A stretch of 64,000 nt of DNA from Planctomycetota bacterium (GTDB lineage Bacteria; Planctomycetota; UBA11346), in contig JBBRLJ010000008.1 in assembly GCA_038231435.1 (NCBI GenBank), forward strand, positions 1 to 64,000, written 5' to 3'. Within the stretch, counting starts at the first letter, position 1, and each line of letters opens with the position of its first letter. The notes under the pieces were generated by a model, which saw only the letters and a program-made list of their open reading frames with translations, was not told the DNA's origin and made no database searches. Positions 18,793-28,964 of the stretch are shown here, in pieces. Made by a program: the position numbers and the translations under genes.

Positions 18793-21009
18793 CTAGCGCT
18801 GCTTCTCCACCACCACGTACATCGTGTCCGCCGGCAGGGTCATGGTGAACACGCCGTTGGCGGCCTTGCCCTCGATGGCGCCCGTGCGCATCATGTTGGC
18901 GTCGAGAGCGGTCGCCTTGGAGAGCGTAGCGTTGGCGAAGGCGATGGTGCCGATGGCCTTCTCAACCTGCCATGGATTGGCGCCTATGGCGTCGATGGTG
19001 AATCCCTTCATCTTCTGGTGGGTCTTCTCGTCGACCTCGAACTCGTCCTCGTGCTCCTTCCAGCCGGTCGGGCGGATGGTGGTGCCGACCTGCACCAGGA
19101 TCTTCGCCGAGTCGTGCAGCGGACGATCATCCAACGCCACCACCGAGATGGCGGCATAGGGATTGGCGCAGCTGATGGTGATATCGTGCAGCTTCACCGG
19201 GCCAACCTTGCCGAGCATGCCTGCGGCCGCCTGGGCCTTCGGCGTGTCGAGGGTGAACAGCCCGGTGGCGTGGTCGATGCGCTCCTCACCAGTGACGCTG
19301 GTCACGGTCTTCTTCGCCGGATCGATGAGCTTCGACAGGTCGATGACGCGGTTCTTGGCGGGATCCCCGCCATAGACGACCTCGACGCGGCCGACCAGGA
19401 AGGCGAGCGGATCGACGGTGGTCTTGACGCTCGACGCCGCGGGCAGGCCGGCGTCGCGGTTGGGATCGTAACCGGCCTCCTCGGCGATCAGTGGCGTGCG
19501 CATGTTCCACAGGTCGTCGAGCGCGCGCTCCTCGTGCACCACCACCTCGCCGGTCTTGGCGTAGCCCTTGCGGTAGAGCAGCGCCGCGGCGGGGAACTGG
19601 CCGAGCGTGGTGGGCGTGCCCACCGGCCACTTGAACATCTTGCCCCATGGCCAGATCGGCTCGTGCCATGAGCGGTCGTCGTGGCCCAGCCAGAACACCG
19701 CGTCGAGTCCGGTGAGCGAGCAGTAGGCGGCGGCCATCAGCGGCGCCTCCGCCTGGTAGAGATCCGGCAGCACCCACCCGGTCTCGGTGACGACGAAGGG
19801 TGAGCCAGCGGGCTGCTTGCAGTTCAGCGGCAGCGCCGTCGGCTCGAGCGTGCACGACTGGTTGGCGAAGTGGTCTCCCGGCTCGAGCGCCCAGCCTTCG
19901 TTGGGACCGTGGTGGTAAGGCGCCAGGTAGCGGTTCACGGCCGTGACCTGGTTCGCGCCGTACGCCCAGCGCTCGCTGTCGAACAGCTTCACCGCGTCGG
20001 CCGGCCGCCAATTGGCGGCGTTGATCAGCTGCTTGCAGCCGAGCTCCTTGCGCAGGAACGTCTCCATCCCGGCGTTGAAGTCGCGCATGGTCGTGGCCAT
20101 GAATTCGACCTGCTCGATCGCGCGACCGTGTTCCGCGGGATTCGGGTTCATCATGTTCCACGGCCCCAGCAGCCCGATCATGCCGTGCTCGGCATCGTCG
20201 CCGTCCAGCGCCGAGCCGCCCCAGGCCTCGAGCGCCTTGGCGATCGAGCCGTGCCTGGTCGTCGCGAAGGCGCCGAATCCGGCGCGCAGTTCGTCGTACG
20301 GCTGGCCCTTCTGGGCGAGGAATCCGCCGATGGTCCAGAACAGCAGGCTGTCCTCGTTCTGCAGCAGGATCACCGCGATCGCCGGCTCCTGGGACAGGGG
20401 CACTCCGGTGTACGGATTCTTCTCGCCGTAGAGCACGCGCATCCACTCCTTGAAGCCGTCCTGCATGGTGCGGTCGCTGAAGAGTACGCCCCACAGGCTG
20501 CCCTGTCCGCGGATGCCCCACGATGCCGGCGCATCACCCGTCGCCCAATACGGCGTGATCAGTGAATAGATGCCTTCGTGCTTGAGCGCTGCGACCCAAC
20601 GCCAGATGTTGTCGATGGTGCCGCGGTTGGCGTCGCCGATCTTGGCCGCGGGGTTGGCCTTGGGATCGGGGCGCACGTCGGCGAACACCCGCACCAGGTT
20701 GACCCCGCGCTTGGCCAGGAAGTGCGCCTCGTAGGCCATGTCCTCGGGCTTCTTGCAGCTGGCGTTCATCGCCCAGAAGCGCGCGGGCGAGCCATCGCCG
20801 AGCACGAAATCGTTGCCGTCCTTCGAGCGCGCGATGAAGCCCTTCTCGCCCGCGATCGGCTCGTTGAGCGCGCGCAGGTCGAGCACCGCCTCGGCGGCGA
20901 AGGCGTCATCCCCCGGCGTGAACGCCCATGATTCGGCGGCCTGCAGCGGGGCAAAGGACATGGCGCCGCAGATGGTCAGGATGAGCGGGACGATGGTCGT
21001 GGAGTTCAT
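18793..21009 (-). CDS. Secreted clan GH-A-like (GH5-like) glycoside hydrolase
   Basis: Signal peptide; GSPARFWAMN; LAKRGVNLVR; KNPYTG; LQNEDS (acid/base) and FVVTETGW (nucleophile). Confidence 0.7.
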   Translation of the reverse strand: MNSTTIVPLILTICGAMSFAPLQAAESWAFTPGDDAFAAEAVLDLRALNEPIAGEKGFIARSKDGNDFVLGDGSPARFWAMNASCKKPEDMAYEAHFLAKRGVNLVRVFADVRPDPKANPAAKIGDANRGTIDNIWRWVAALKHEGIYSLITPYWATGDAPASWGIRGQGSLWGVLFSDRTMQDGFKEWMRVLYGEKNPYTGVPLSQEPAIAVILLQNEDSLLFWTIGGFLAQKGQPYDELRAGFGAFATTRHGSIAKALEAWGGSALDGDDAEHGMIGLLGPWNMMNPNPAEHGRAIEQVEFMATTMRDFNAGMETFLRKELGCKQLINAANWRPADAVKLFDSERWAYGANQVTAVNRYLAPYHHGPNEGWALEPGDHFANQSCTLEPTALPLNCKQPAGSPFVVTETGWVLPDLYQAEAPLMAAAYCSLTGLDAVFWLGHDDRSWHEPIWPWGKMFKWPVGTPTTLGQFPAAALLYRKGYAKTGEVVVHEERALDDLWNMRTPLIAEEAGYDPNRDAGLPAASSVKTTVDPLAFLVGRVEVVYGGDPAKNRVIDLSKLIDPAKKTVTSVTGEERIDHATGLFTLDTPKAQAAAGMLGKVGPVKLHDITISCANPYAAISVVALDDRPLHDSAKILVQVGTTIRPTGWKEHEDEFEVDEKTHQKMKGFTIDAIGANPWQVEKAIGTIAFANATLSKATALDANMMRTGAIEGKAANGVFTMTLPADTMYVVVEKQR

Positions 21010-21069
21010 GGGATCCTTCTTCTTCAGCGACGCTGATGGTCGCGAATGGCATGGGTAGGTCGATGCGGT

Positions 21070-22158
21070 CTATCGAGAGGGGGCTGGCGCGGTGCTGGCG
21101 CGGATGATCAGGCGCGGGGCGATCAGCACGCCCCTGTCTTGGTCGGTGCCTGATCCGCTATCATCGTTCGGCGACGACAGGGCGGCCATCGCCGCCTCGG
21201 CGAGCGCGGGCAGCTCATGGTCGACCGTGGTCATCGCCGGCAGCGCGGTGGCGGCGTGCACGTTGTCGAAGCCCACCACCGACGCGTAGCGCGGCACCGA
21301 GCGGCCGAGCTCATGGAGCGCGGCGTAGACGCCGAGCGCGAGGAGATCGTGGTAGCACACGAAGGCGGTGCGATCGGCGATCTCGGCATGGCGCGCCAGC
21401 AGCGCGGCGCGCGCGTGCGCGACGTGGCTCTCGTCCCCGGCCGCGGGGTAGACGGGGATGCTCAGCACGCGTGCGTCGAGCCCCAGCCCCTCGCAGGCCG
21501 CGGTGAAGGCGGCGCGGCGTAGCGCCTGCCGCTCGCGCGCCGCGGTCTCGACCCAGGCCAGGCGCCGGTGGCCGAGCCCGGCGAGGTGGCGCACCGCCGC
21601 CGCGACCCCGGCGCCGTCGTCGAGTTCCGCGCCCGCGCAACCGCCGGGCACCTGACCCAGGAACGACACCGCGATCCGGCCATCGCGCCCGCGCAGAGCA
21701 TCGAGGTCGCCGCGCGAGAGCTTGCCGCCGGGGATGACGATGCCGTCGCACTGCCGCCGCTCCGCCAGCTCGAGCGCCGCTCGCACCGCGCTCGGTGGGC
21801 GAGCGGTCGCCGTGGTTGTCGGCGGATCCGTCGGAAGCCCGCCGCGCGTCCCGACCACCAATAGATGCAGGCCGCGCGTGCGCGCCGCGGCCTCGCACGC
21901 CGAGATCATCGCCGCCTGGAAGGCGTTGCCCGCGCCCTCCGGCGCCCAATCCACCGCGAACGCTACGATCCCGGTGGCCCCGGTCCGCAATGCCCGCGCG
22001 GCATGATTCGGCACGAACCCCAGCGCCTGAGCCGCCGCGCGCACCCGCGACTGGCAGCCGGCGCTGTAGCGCTCGTGGCCGCTGCCCGCGCCGAGGATCT
22101 TCGACACCGTGCAGGTGCTGACGCCGGCGCGGGTTGCGATGTCCTTGAGGGTGGTCAT
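21070..22158 (-). CDS. LacI family regulator
   Basis: TTLKDIATRAGVSTCTVS; SVVGFDN. Confidence 0.92.
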   Translation of the reverse strand: MTTLKDIATRAGVSTCTVSKILGAGSGHERYSAGCQSRVRAAAQALGFVPNHAARALRTGATGIVAFAVDWAPEGAGNAFQAAMISACEAAARTRGLHLLVVGTRGGLPTDPPTTTATARPPSAVRAALELAERRQCDGIVIPGGKLSRGDLDALRGRDGRIAVSFLGQVPGGCAGAELDDGAGVAAAVRHLAGLGHRRLAWVETAARERQALRRAAFTAACEGLGLDARVLSIPVYPAAGDESHVAHARAALLARHAEIADRTAFVCYHDLLALGVYAALHELGRSVPRYASVVGFDNVHAATALPAMTTVDHELPALAEAAMAALSSPNDDSGSGTDQDRGVLIAPRLIIRASTAPAPSR

Positions 22159-22171
22159 GTAATCGATTATA
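22158..22171. promoter_or_regulatory. Candidate LacI operator at the LacI start codon
   Basis: TGTAATCGATTATA, near-palindrome with central CG typical of LacI sites. Confidence 0.65.
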
Positions 22172-22382
22172 TAACGGGTGGAATTGGGGTTGTGACGGTA
22201 ATTGGGATTGGTTTGTAGCGGGGGCCCCGAGTGCCTGGACGAAGACAGTCGTTAGGAGAGCCTCCGACGTCGCGCAGGGGGCGCCTGGTCGTTTTGAAGG
22301 CATGTCCTGATTCCATCCGTGCTTCCCGCTGTAGCTACGCCACTACAACTTCCACTCCACTCCACTCCACCACCGAGTCTCC

Positions 22383-23063
22383 ATGCCCGCCTCGCTGCTC
22401 TCCGCGCTCATCCCTGGTCTCGATGATCCCGCGCGCGGGCGCAGGTTGGTGGGATTCGGTTCGTCGAACACCGAGCTGACCTGGCACAACGAGGGCGCGC
22501 TCTCGTGGTTCGCCTGGCTGTCGTGCTGCGCGCGGGCGCGCATCGGGCGGCACCTGTTGTGCATCGACGCCGGCATCTGCGGGAACACCGTGCTCGATCT
22601 TGAAGCGCGCTTCGATCGCGATGTGTCGCCGCTCGAACCCGACGCGGTGATCGTGACCATTGGCGGCAACGACCAGGCGCGCCTGCCGCTCGCCGAGTAC
22701 CAGGCCGGTCTGCGCCGGGTGCTCGCGCGCATCCGCGCGCTCGGCGCGGTGCCCATCGTCCAGAGCTACTACTGCCCGGTCTTCGACGAGGCGCAGCTGT
22801 CGGTGTTCGCGCGCTTCATGGCTGCCGCCATCGCCATCGCGCGCGAGGATGGCGCCATCGCGCTCGATCCCTTCCCGGCCTGGCGCGCCGTGTTCGCCGC
22901 GCAGCCCGGCGCCTACCAGGCGTGGATGCACGATCCCGCCCACCTGGGTCCGCTCGGGCATGCGCTCTTCGGCGCGCGTTGCGCGGCCGAGCTGGGGCTC
23001 GGAGAACCTGAATTTCCGGCCGCGCTCGCCACGAAGGTGGCGACGGCGCGCGCGTTGTTCTGA
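22383..23063 (+). CDS. SGNH/GDSL esterase
   Basis: FGSSNT, AGICGN, GGND, DPAH blocks. Confidence 0.85.
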   Translation: MPASLLSALIPGLDDPARGRRLVGFGSSNTELTWHNEGALSWFAWLSCCARARIGRHLLCIDAGICGNTVLDLEARFDRDVSPLEPDAVIVTIGGNDQARLPLAEYQAGLRRVLARIRALGAVPIVQSYYCPVFDEAQLSVFARFMAAAIAIAREDGAIALDPFPAWRAVFAAQPGAYQAWMHDPAHLGPLGHALFGARCAAELGLGEPEFPAALATKVATARALF

Positions 23064-23125
23064 TCCGCTCCGCCGGCACGATCCCGCGGGTTGCACCATC
23101 TCCTGAAGCTGCCTGAAGATCCCTG

Positions 23126-24145
23126 ATGCCCTGGACGATGCCCCGGAAGCTCCCCTTCGACTGGTTCCCGCTCGGTCTCGCGGCCGCAGTGGCCCTGGCC
23201 TGGCTGATCCCGCAGGCGGGCGCGCACGATTCGGCGTTGCATCCGGCGTTGGTGAACAAGGCCGGCGTGGCTCTGATCTTCTTCCTGTCGGGCGTGTCGC
23301 TGCCGTTCGCGGCGCTCACTGCGGGTACGCTGCGTTGGCCGCTGCATGTGGTGATCCAGTCCTGCACCTACGTGCTCTTCCCGTTGATGGGGCTCGCGGT
23401 GTACGCCCTCGGAGGCCTGCGCATGGGCGACGGTGACGCGTGGTTGCCACCGGACATGCGCCTTGGATTCCTCTTCCTGTGCGCGCTGCCCTCGACGGTG
23501 TCCTCGGCAGTCGCGCTCACCGCGGCCGCGGGCGGCAACGTCGCGGTGGCAGTGTTCAACGCCTCGCTCTCGAGCATTCTCGGTGTGTTCCTGACTCCGC
23601 TGTGGCTGAGCCTGGTGCTCGCCGCCGGCGGCGCGTCTGTGCCCGTGGGCAGCGTCATCCTCGATCTCGCGCGCTGGCTGATCCTGCCGCTGGTGATCGG
23701 CCAAGCCTGTCGCCCGCTGTTCGGCGCATGGGCCGCGCGGCACAAGCGGCGCCTCGCGATGGTCGATCGCCTGATCATCCTGTTCATGATCTACACCTCC
23801 TTCTGTGACGCCTTCCTCGGAGGCGTCTGGGGTCGTTACGGTTTCGGCGCGGTGCTGATCATCCTCTGCGGCAGTGTGTTGCTGTTCGCCGCCGCGCTGT
23901 GGACGACCACCGCCGTGTCGCGCGCGCTGCGCTTCCCGCGCGACGAGCGCATCGCCGCGGTCTTCATCGGTTCGACCAAGTCACTCGCCACCGGCGTGCC
24001 GATGGCTCAGCTGATCTTCCCCCACCATCCGGGGCTGAGCATGATCCTGCTGCCGATCATGCTCTACCATCCCCTCCAACTGGTAGCGTGCGGCGTGCTG
24101 GCGGGACGGTGGGCGCGGGGCTGGAAGCGGGAAGCGGAGAGCTGA
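23126..24145 (+). CDS. Bile acid:sodium symporter family (YfeH-like) transporter
   Basis: LCALPSTVSS, GGNV, KSLATGVPM, PIMLYHPLQL. Confidence 0.9.
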   Translation: MPWTMPRKLPFDWFPLGLAAAVALAWLIPQAGAHDSALHPALVNKAGVALIFFLSGVSLPFAALTAGTLRWPLHVVIQSCTYVLFPLMGLAVYALGGLRMGDGDAWLPPDMRLGFLFLCALPSTVSSAVALTAAAGGNVAVAVFNASLSSILGVFLTPLWLSLVLAAGGASVPVGSVILDLARWLILPLVIGQACRPLFGAWAARHKRRLAMVDRLIILFMIYTSFCDAFLGGVWGRYGFGAVLIILCGSVLLFAAALWTTTAVSRALRFPRDERIAAVFIGSTKSLATGVPMAQLIFPHHPGLSMILLPIMLYHPLQLVACGVLAGRWARGWKREAES

Positions 24146-24270
24146 AAGCAGAAAGCGAAAAGCAGAGAGCGGACCGGAAAGACAGAAGGACGGAAGATGG
24201 AAGAGAGAGGAGAAGAGAGGAGAAGAGAGGAGAGTGGAGCGGATGCCATCGACGCCCACCCACCACACCA

Positions 24271-25548
24271 TCACGCTCTCGGTATCGTAAAAAAGAACGT
24301 CGACCCTGTTCCCGCAGTCGATTCCACCCAGATGCGGCCGCCCCAGCTTTCAACGATGCGTTTGCAGATCGCCAGGCCGGCGCCGGTGCCGTCGATCTCG
24401 GGGCCGTGCAGGCGTTTGAACAGGCGGAAGATCTCGAGGTGGTGCTGCGAGGCGATGCCCTGGCCGTTGTCGCGGACGCACACCGTGCAGCGATCGGGTT
24501 CCTCGACGACTTCGACGGCGATGAGCAGGGGGCGCGCCGGATCGCGGTACTTGATGGCGTTGCTGATCAGGTTCTGCAGCACCTGCGCCACGCGTGCGCG
24601 GTCGCCGCGCACGCGTGGCAGGCGCGCGATGGTCAACGAGCCGCCGGCGTCGCGTAGGGGGTCGCCGAGGAGATTGCCGATGGCTGCGGTCTCAGCGGTG
24701 AGGTCGAAATCCTCAGCGTGGTCTGACGGGCGTTCGGCCATGGTCGCGCTGTAGAGGTCGTCGAGCAGCCGGCGCATACGGCCGGCGCCATCCTGCACAT
24801 GGCTGAAATAATGCTGGATCTTCGCCGAGGCGTCGGCGCCGAGTTCGCGTTGGATCAGGTCGAGGTACGTCGAGACCATGCGTAGCGGCTGCTTGAGGTC
24901 GTGCGATGCGGCGAACAGGAACTGGTCCTTCTCGTCCGCGTGCACTTGCAGCGATTCGTTGGCGCGTTGCAGCGAGCGCTCGGCCTGCTCGCGGTGCCTG
25001 ACGTAGCGCTGGTAGAGGCCGATCAGGGCGACGAGCGAGACCATCGCCAGCGCGATCGCGCCGAGCTCGGTCAGGAACAGCCACCTGACGCTGCGCGCCC
25101 GTGCGTCGTGCGAGATGCGGTACATCATCACCGCCGTATCGCTCAGCTCGCTGAGGGTCACGCGCAGGCGGCCGAGGATGATGCGCGACCGTTCGGACGC
25201 CTGCCGGTCTTGCAGGATGACCTGCAGCCCGGTCGCCGAGGTGTACTGCTGGCGCATCCACCGCGATTCGGCGCGGAAGCGCGGGTCGGGGCTGGCGTCG
25301 ATGGTGGCCAGGGCCGATTCGAGGCGCCGGTCGGCATAGAGCGCCTGCGCCGCGCTGACGACCGAGCCGGCGAGGGTCTCCTGCTCGGCGCGTTCGATCT
25401 CGAACGACGCGGCGACGACGTCGCTGGATGCCTCGACCACGGTGCGCAGCCCATCGGCCTGATGGTAGACGATGCCGACGTAGATCCCGAGCGCCGCGAG
25501 CAGCACCAGCGCGCTGAGGCCGAACCAGCGCGGGAACCTATCGAGCAT
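24271..25548 (-). CDS. Membrane sensor histidine kinase
   Basis: Two TMs; SHDLKQPL H-box; NLISNAIKY; DNGQGI; GTGAGLAI. Confidence 0.92.
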   Translation of the reverse strand: MLDRFPRWFGLSALVLLAALGIYVGIVYHQADGLRTVVEASSDVVAASFEIERAEQETLAGSVVSAAQALYADRRLESALATIDASPDPRFRAESRWMRQQYTSATGLQVILQDRQASERSRIILGRLRVTLSELSDTAVMMYRISHDARARSVRWLFLTELGAIALAMVSLVALIGLYQRYVRHREQAERSLQRANESLQVHADEKDQFLFAASHDLKQPLRMVSTYLDLIQRELGADASAKIQHYFSHVQDGAGRMRRLLDDLYSATMAERPSDHAEDFDLTAETAAIGNLLGDPLRDAGGSLTIARLPRVRGDRARVAQVLQNLISNAIKYRDPARPLLIAVEVVEEPDRCTVCVRDNGQGIASQHHLEIFRLFKRLHGPEIDGTGAGLAICKRIVESWGGRIWVESTAGTGSTFFFTIPRA

Positions 25549-26584
25549 CGTGCCTGGCCGGATCTGCCGAGTCTGGCAGCGATGTCGGATGATCGGTTTT
25601 GATGTCGAGCGGGATGCTCACGGCCTCGGGCAGGAAGCGCCGCAGCGGCGCGGGATCGATGAGTGGCAGCATGTCCGGCACCGTGGCCCCGGGGCCGCCA
25701 AGCAGTTTCGCCTGCTCCTCGATCTCGACCAGCAGGCTGCCTTCGAGCTGCAGGCTGAAATGGTGGTCGGGTAGCAGATTCCGCACCACGTCTCGATCGA
25801 GGTCGCACCAGCGCGCCAACTCGTCGACCACCCGGGGGTCGTCCGAGCGCAGGCGCTGGTTGGCGCGCTCGATCGCGCGCAGCACCCGCTCGACGGGCAT
25901 CGTTGGCCCATCCGTGCGGCCGACCAGGTTCCAGGTCATGCGGTAGATGATCGCGTCGTGCATGATCACGGGGTGGTCGAGCGCGCGCTCGACCTTCGAG
26001 GCGAACGGCTCCCAGATGCAGCCGGCGTCCACGTCGCCCGCGACCAGCCGCTCGGCCATGTCCTGGGGCGGGACATCCACGATCTCGACCCGCGAGCGCT
26101 CGATCCCGTAGAGGTCGAGGAGCGTGAGCAGGTAGATCTGGGCGGTGGTGCCGAAGCTCACCGCGATGCGCTTGCCGATCAGGTCCGTGGGCGTCGCGAC
26201 GTGGCGGTCATGGCGCGCGATGATCCACACCGAGCGCCGCGTCTCGGCGAGCGTCGCCCACAGCACCAGCGAGCGGTGCTCGCCCGCCGCTCGCCACAGC
26301 GGCGTCTCCGCGACCGTGGCCAGGTCGACTTCGCCCGCGAGCATCGCCTGGAGAGCCAGCTTGCCGCTCGGGTAGGGCACGATGGTGACGTCGAGCCCCT
26401 CGCGGGCGAAATCCCCGAACGCGGCGGCGATCTGCGCCTGACCCGAGATGATCTGCGGCGCGGTGCCGAGGCGCAGCGCCATGCGACGCGGGTGGATGGC
26501 ATGCCACGCCGCGTACCCTCCCAGGCCCGCCACGCTGAGGACGATCAGCACCACGAAGAGACGGCGCATGGTCAGGAACTGCAT
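25538..26584 (-). CDS. NMT1/SsuA-like solute-binding protein
   Basis: N-terminal TM; FAREGLDV; DLIGKRIAVSFGT; WEPF. Confidence 0.8.
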   Translation of the reverse strand: MQFLTMRRLFVVLIVLSVAGLGGYAAWHAIHPRRMALRLGTAPQIISGQAQIAAAFGDFAREGLDVTIVPYPSGKLALQAMLAGEVDLATVAETPLWRAAGEHRSLVLWATLAETRRSVWIIARHDRHVATPTDLIGKRIAVSFGTTAQIYLLTLLDLYGIERSRVEIVDVPPQDMAERLVAGDVDAGCIWEPFASKVERALDHPVIMHDAIIYRMTWNLVGRTDGPTMPVERVLRAIERANQRLRSDDPRVVDELARWCDLDRDVVRNLLPDHHFSLQLEGSLLVEIEEQAKLLGGPGATVPDMLPLIDPAPLRRFLPEAVSIPLDIKTDHPTSLPDSADPARHDAR

Positions 26585-26836
26585 GGGAGCTTGTATGATT
26601 ACCCCATTCGTCTGCCGCTACAAAGGATAGGTACCGAGCCTCGACATCGGAAAGTCCAACGAAGACTTCCGTTGGTCAGGGGCCTTTGCGTTCTCGATCT
26701 CGTTGGGACCAACTGTCCTTGCTCGGAAGCCCTGACGGTGGAGTCCTGACGGAAGAATGGATCGGCGACGACGGTTCCGCTCACCCCTGTGGAAATCCGT
26801 CCCTGCAGCGCTCGGCTGCCCATGTGGCGGCCAGGA

Positions 26837-28015
26837 TCATTCCAGGATCCCGCTCCCCCGCGCATCCAGCAACGAGCGCGCGATCACCAGGCGCAGGACC
26901 TCGCTCGTGCCTTCGTATATGCGCGTGACGCGGGCATCGCGGGCAAGGCGTTCGGCAGGGTGTTTGCGCATATAGCCGTTGGCGCCCATCACCTGGATGG
27001 CGGCGTCGGTGGCACGCCCGGCGGCTTCGGAGGCGAAAAGCTTGGCCATCGCGGCTTCGCTGGTCACCGGACGGCCGAGATCCTTGGCGCGCGCGGCGCG
27101 CAGGGTGAGCAGGCTGCCGGCATCGAGGTCGGTGGCGACATCGGCGAGCAGGAACTGGATCGACTGGAAGGTGGCGATCGCAGCGCCGAACTGGACGCGC
27201 TGCCGGGCGTAGGCAGTGGCGGTCTCGAGCGCCGCGTGGCCGATGCCCAGCGCCAGCGAGGCGATGCCGATGCGGCCGCCCTCGAGCGCGGCGTAGATCA
27301 TGGGTAGACCTTCGCCGGCCTTGCCGAGCAGAGCGTCCGACGGCAGCTCGCAGTGGTCGAACGCCAGCGGCACCGTGCTCGAGCCGCGCTGGCCCATCTT
27401 GTCCTCGGGCTTGCCGGCGCTCATGCCAGGGGTTCCGCCGGGAACGATGAACATCGAGATGCCCTTCTTGCCGGCCGCGGGATCGGTCTTGGCGCCGACC
27501 ACCACCACTCCGGCGCGGTCGCCCGAGGTGATCCACTGCTTGGCGCCGTCGAGACGCCAGCCGTTGGCGGTGGGCACCGCGGTGGTGGTCATGGCCGCGA
27601 GATCGCTACCCGCATCCGCTTCCGAGACCGCGAAGGACGCGGCGAGCGCCTCGCCCGAGGTGATGCGCGGTACGAAGGTGCGACGCTGCGCCTCGCTGCC
27701 GAAACGGCAGATGACCTCGGCCACCAGGTTGGTGACGGCCATGGTGACGGCGACCGCGGCGTCGGCGCGCGCGATCTCGCGCACCGCCAGGCTGAATGCG
27801 ACCATGCCGGCCTCGACGCCGCCGAGGACTGTGGGGACGTTGACGCCGAGCAGGCCGAGCTTGGCGAGCGCGCGCAGCTCGCGCTCGGGGAAGACCGCGG
27901 CGCGGTCGCGTTCGGCGGCGGCCGGCGCGAGCTCGCTGATCGCGAAGTCGCGGGCGAGGCGCTGGATGCGCTGTTCGCGCTGGTCCGGATCGAAGTCCAT
28001 GCTCAGCGGCTCCAT
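26837..28015 (-). CDS. Acyl-CoA dehydrogenase
   Basis: SEADAGSD, LDGAKQWITSG, RVQFG, IYEGTSE. Confidence 0.93.
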   Translation of the reverse strand: MEPLSMDFDPDQREQRIQRLARDFAISELAPAAAERDRAAVFPERELRALAKLGLLGVNVPTVLGGVEAGMVAFSLAVREIARADAAVAVTMAVTNLVAEVICRFGSEAQRRTFVPRITSGEALAASFAVSEADAGSDLAAMTTTAVPTANGWRLDGAKQWITSGDRAGVVVVGAKTDPAAGKKGISMFIVPGGTPGMSAGKPEDKMGQRGSSTVPLAFDHCELPSDALLGKAGEGLPMIYAALEGGRIGIASLALGIGHAALETATAYARQRVQFGAAIATFQSIQFLLADVATDLDAGSLLTLRAARAKDLGRPVTSEAAMAKLFASEAAGRATDAAIQVMGANGYMRKHPAERLARDARVTRIYEGTSEVLRLVIARSLLDARGSGILE

Positions 28016-28079
28016 GCGCCGTGGTGGGGCGCGTTGGCGTAGGCGTTGGCGTCTGCGATCCGCTGCCGGGACTGCGCGC

Positions 28080-28964
28080 TCATGGCTGGCCGTACGTGTG
28101 GAAGCCGCGGCCGCTCTTGCGCCCGAGCCAGCCGGCGGCCACGTAGCGGCGCAGCAGCGGCGCGGGCCGATACTTGTCCTCGCCCAGCTGCGCGTGCAGG
28201 ACTTCGGCGATCGCCAAGCAGGTGTCGAGTCCGATCAGGTCCGCGAGCTCGAATGGGCCCATCGGGTGGTTGAGCCCGAGCTTGATGCCGGCGTCGATGT
28301 CCTCGACCGAGCCCACCGCATCCTGGAGGGCGAAGCACGCTTCGTTGAGGAAGGGGATGAGCAGGCGGTTGACGATGAACCCGGGACTGTCCTTCGACGT
28401 CACCACCTGCTTGCCGAAGCGAGCGGCCAGCGCCACGACCGTGGCGTGGGTGGCGTCGTTGGTGGCCAGTCCGCGCACCACCTCGACGAGCTTCATCACC
28501 GGCACCGGATTCATGAAGTGCATGCCGACGACCTGGCCCGGCCGCTTGGTCCGCGCGGCGAGCAGGGTGATCGAGATCGACGAGGTGTTGGAAGCCAGGA
28601 TCGCGGCCGGCTTGGCGACGCGATCGAGCTCGGCGAAAATGCGCTCCTTGATCGCTTGATCCTCGCTGGCGGCCTCGATCACCACGTCGCAGTCGCCGCA
28701 TCCACTGAGATCTCCGGCGATGGCGATGCGCGCGACGATCGCGGCGCGCTCCTGGGCCGCGAGCTTGCCCTTGTCCACCAGCTTGGCGAGGGCGGCGTCG
28801 ATGAGCGACCGGCCGCGCTCAGCGGCGCCGGCCTGCGCATCGACCAGCACCACGTCGCAGCGCGCCTGCGCGGCGACCTGGGCGATCCCGCGGCCCATCT
28901 GCCCGGCGCCGACAAGGCCCACACGACGGACGATGTTCTCCATCGTTGGGATCTCTGCGGTCAT
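28080..28964 (-). CDS. hbd: 3-hydroxybutyryl-CoA dehydrogenase
   Basis: VGAGQMGRGIA, LASNTSS, GMHFMNPVP, PGFIVNR, HPMGP; ATGA overlap with thiolase. Confidence 0.9.
   Translation of the reverse strand: MTAEIPTMENIVRRVGLVGAGQMGRGIAQVAAQARCDVVLVDAQAGAAERGRSLIDAALAKLVDKGKLAAQERAAIVARIAIAGDLSGCGDCDVVIEAASEDQAIKERIFAELDRVAKPAAILASNTSSISITLLAARTKRPGQVVGMHFMNPVPVMKLVEVVRGLATNDATHATVVALAARFGKQVVTSKDSPGFIVNRLLIPFLNEACFALQDAVGSVEDIDAGIKLGLNHPMGPFELADLIGLDTCLAIAEVLHAQLGEDKYRPAPLLRRYVAAGWLGRKSGRGFHTYGQP

Noticed and set aside
26630..26760. c-di-GMP-I riboswitch (ACGCAAAG on the minus strand)
   Set aside because: Lacks the GGCAAA and GAAA-tetraloop P2 elements
28003..28083. 26-aa ORF between hbd and the acyl-CoA dehydrogenase
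   Set aside because: Coupled only at the 5' end and may overlap the next start; could be chance
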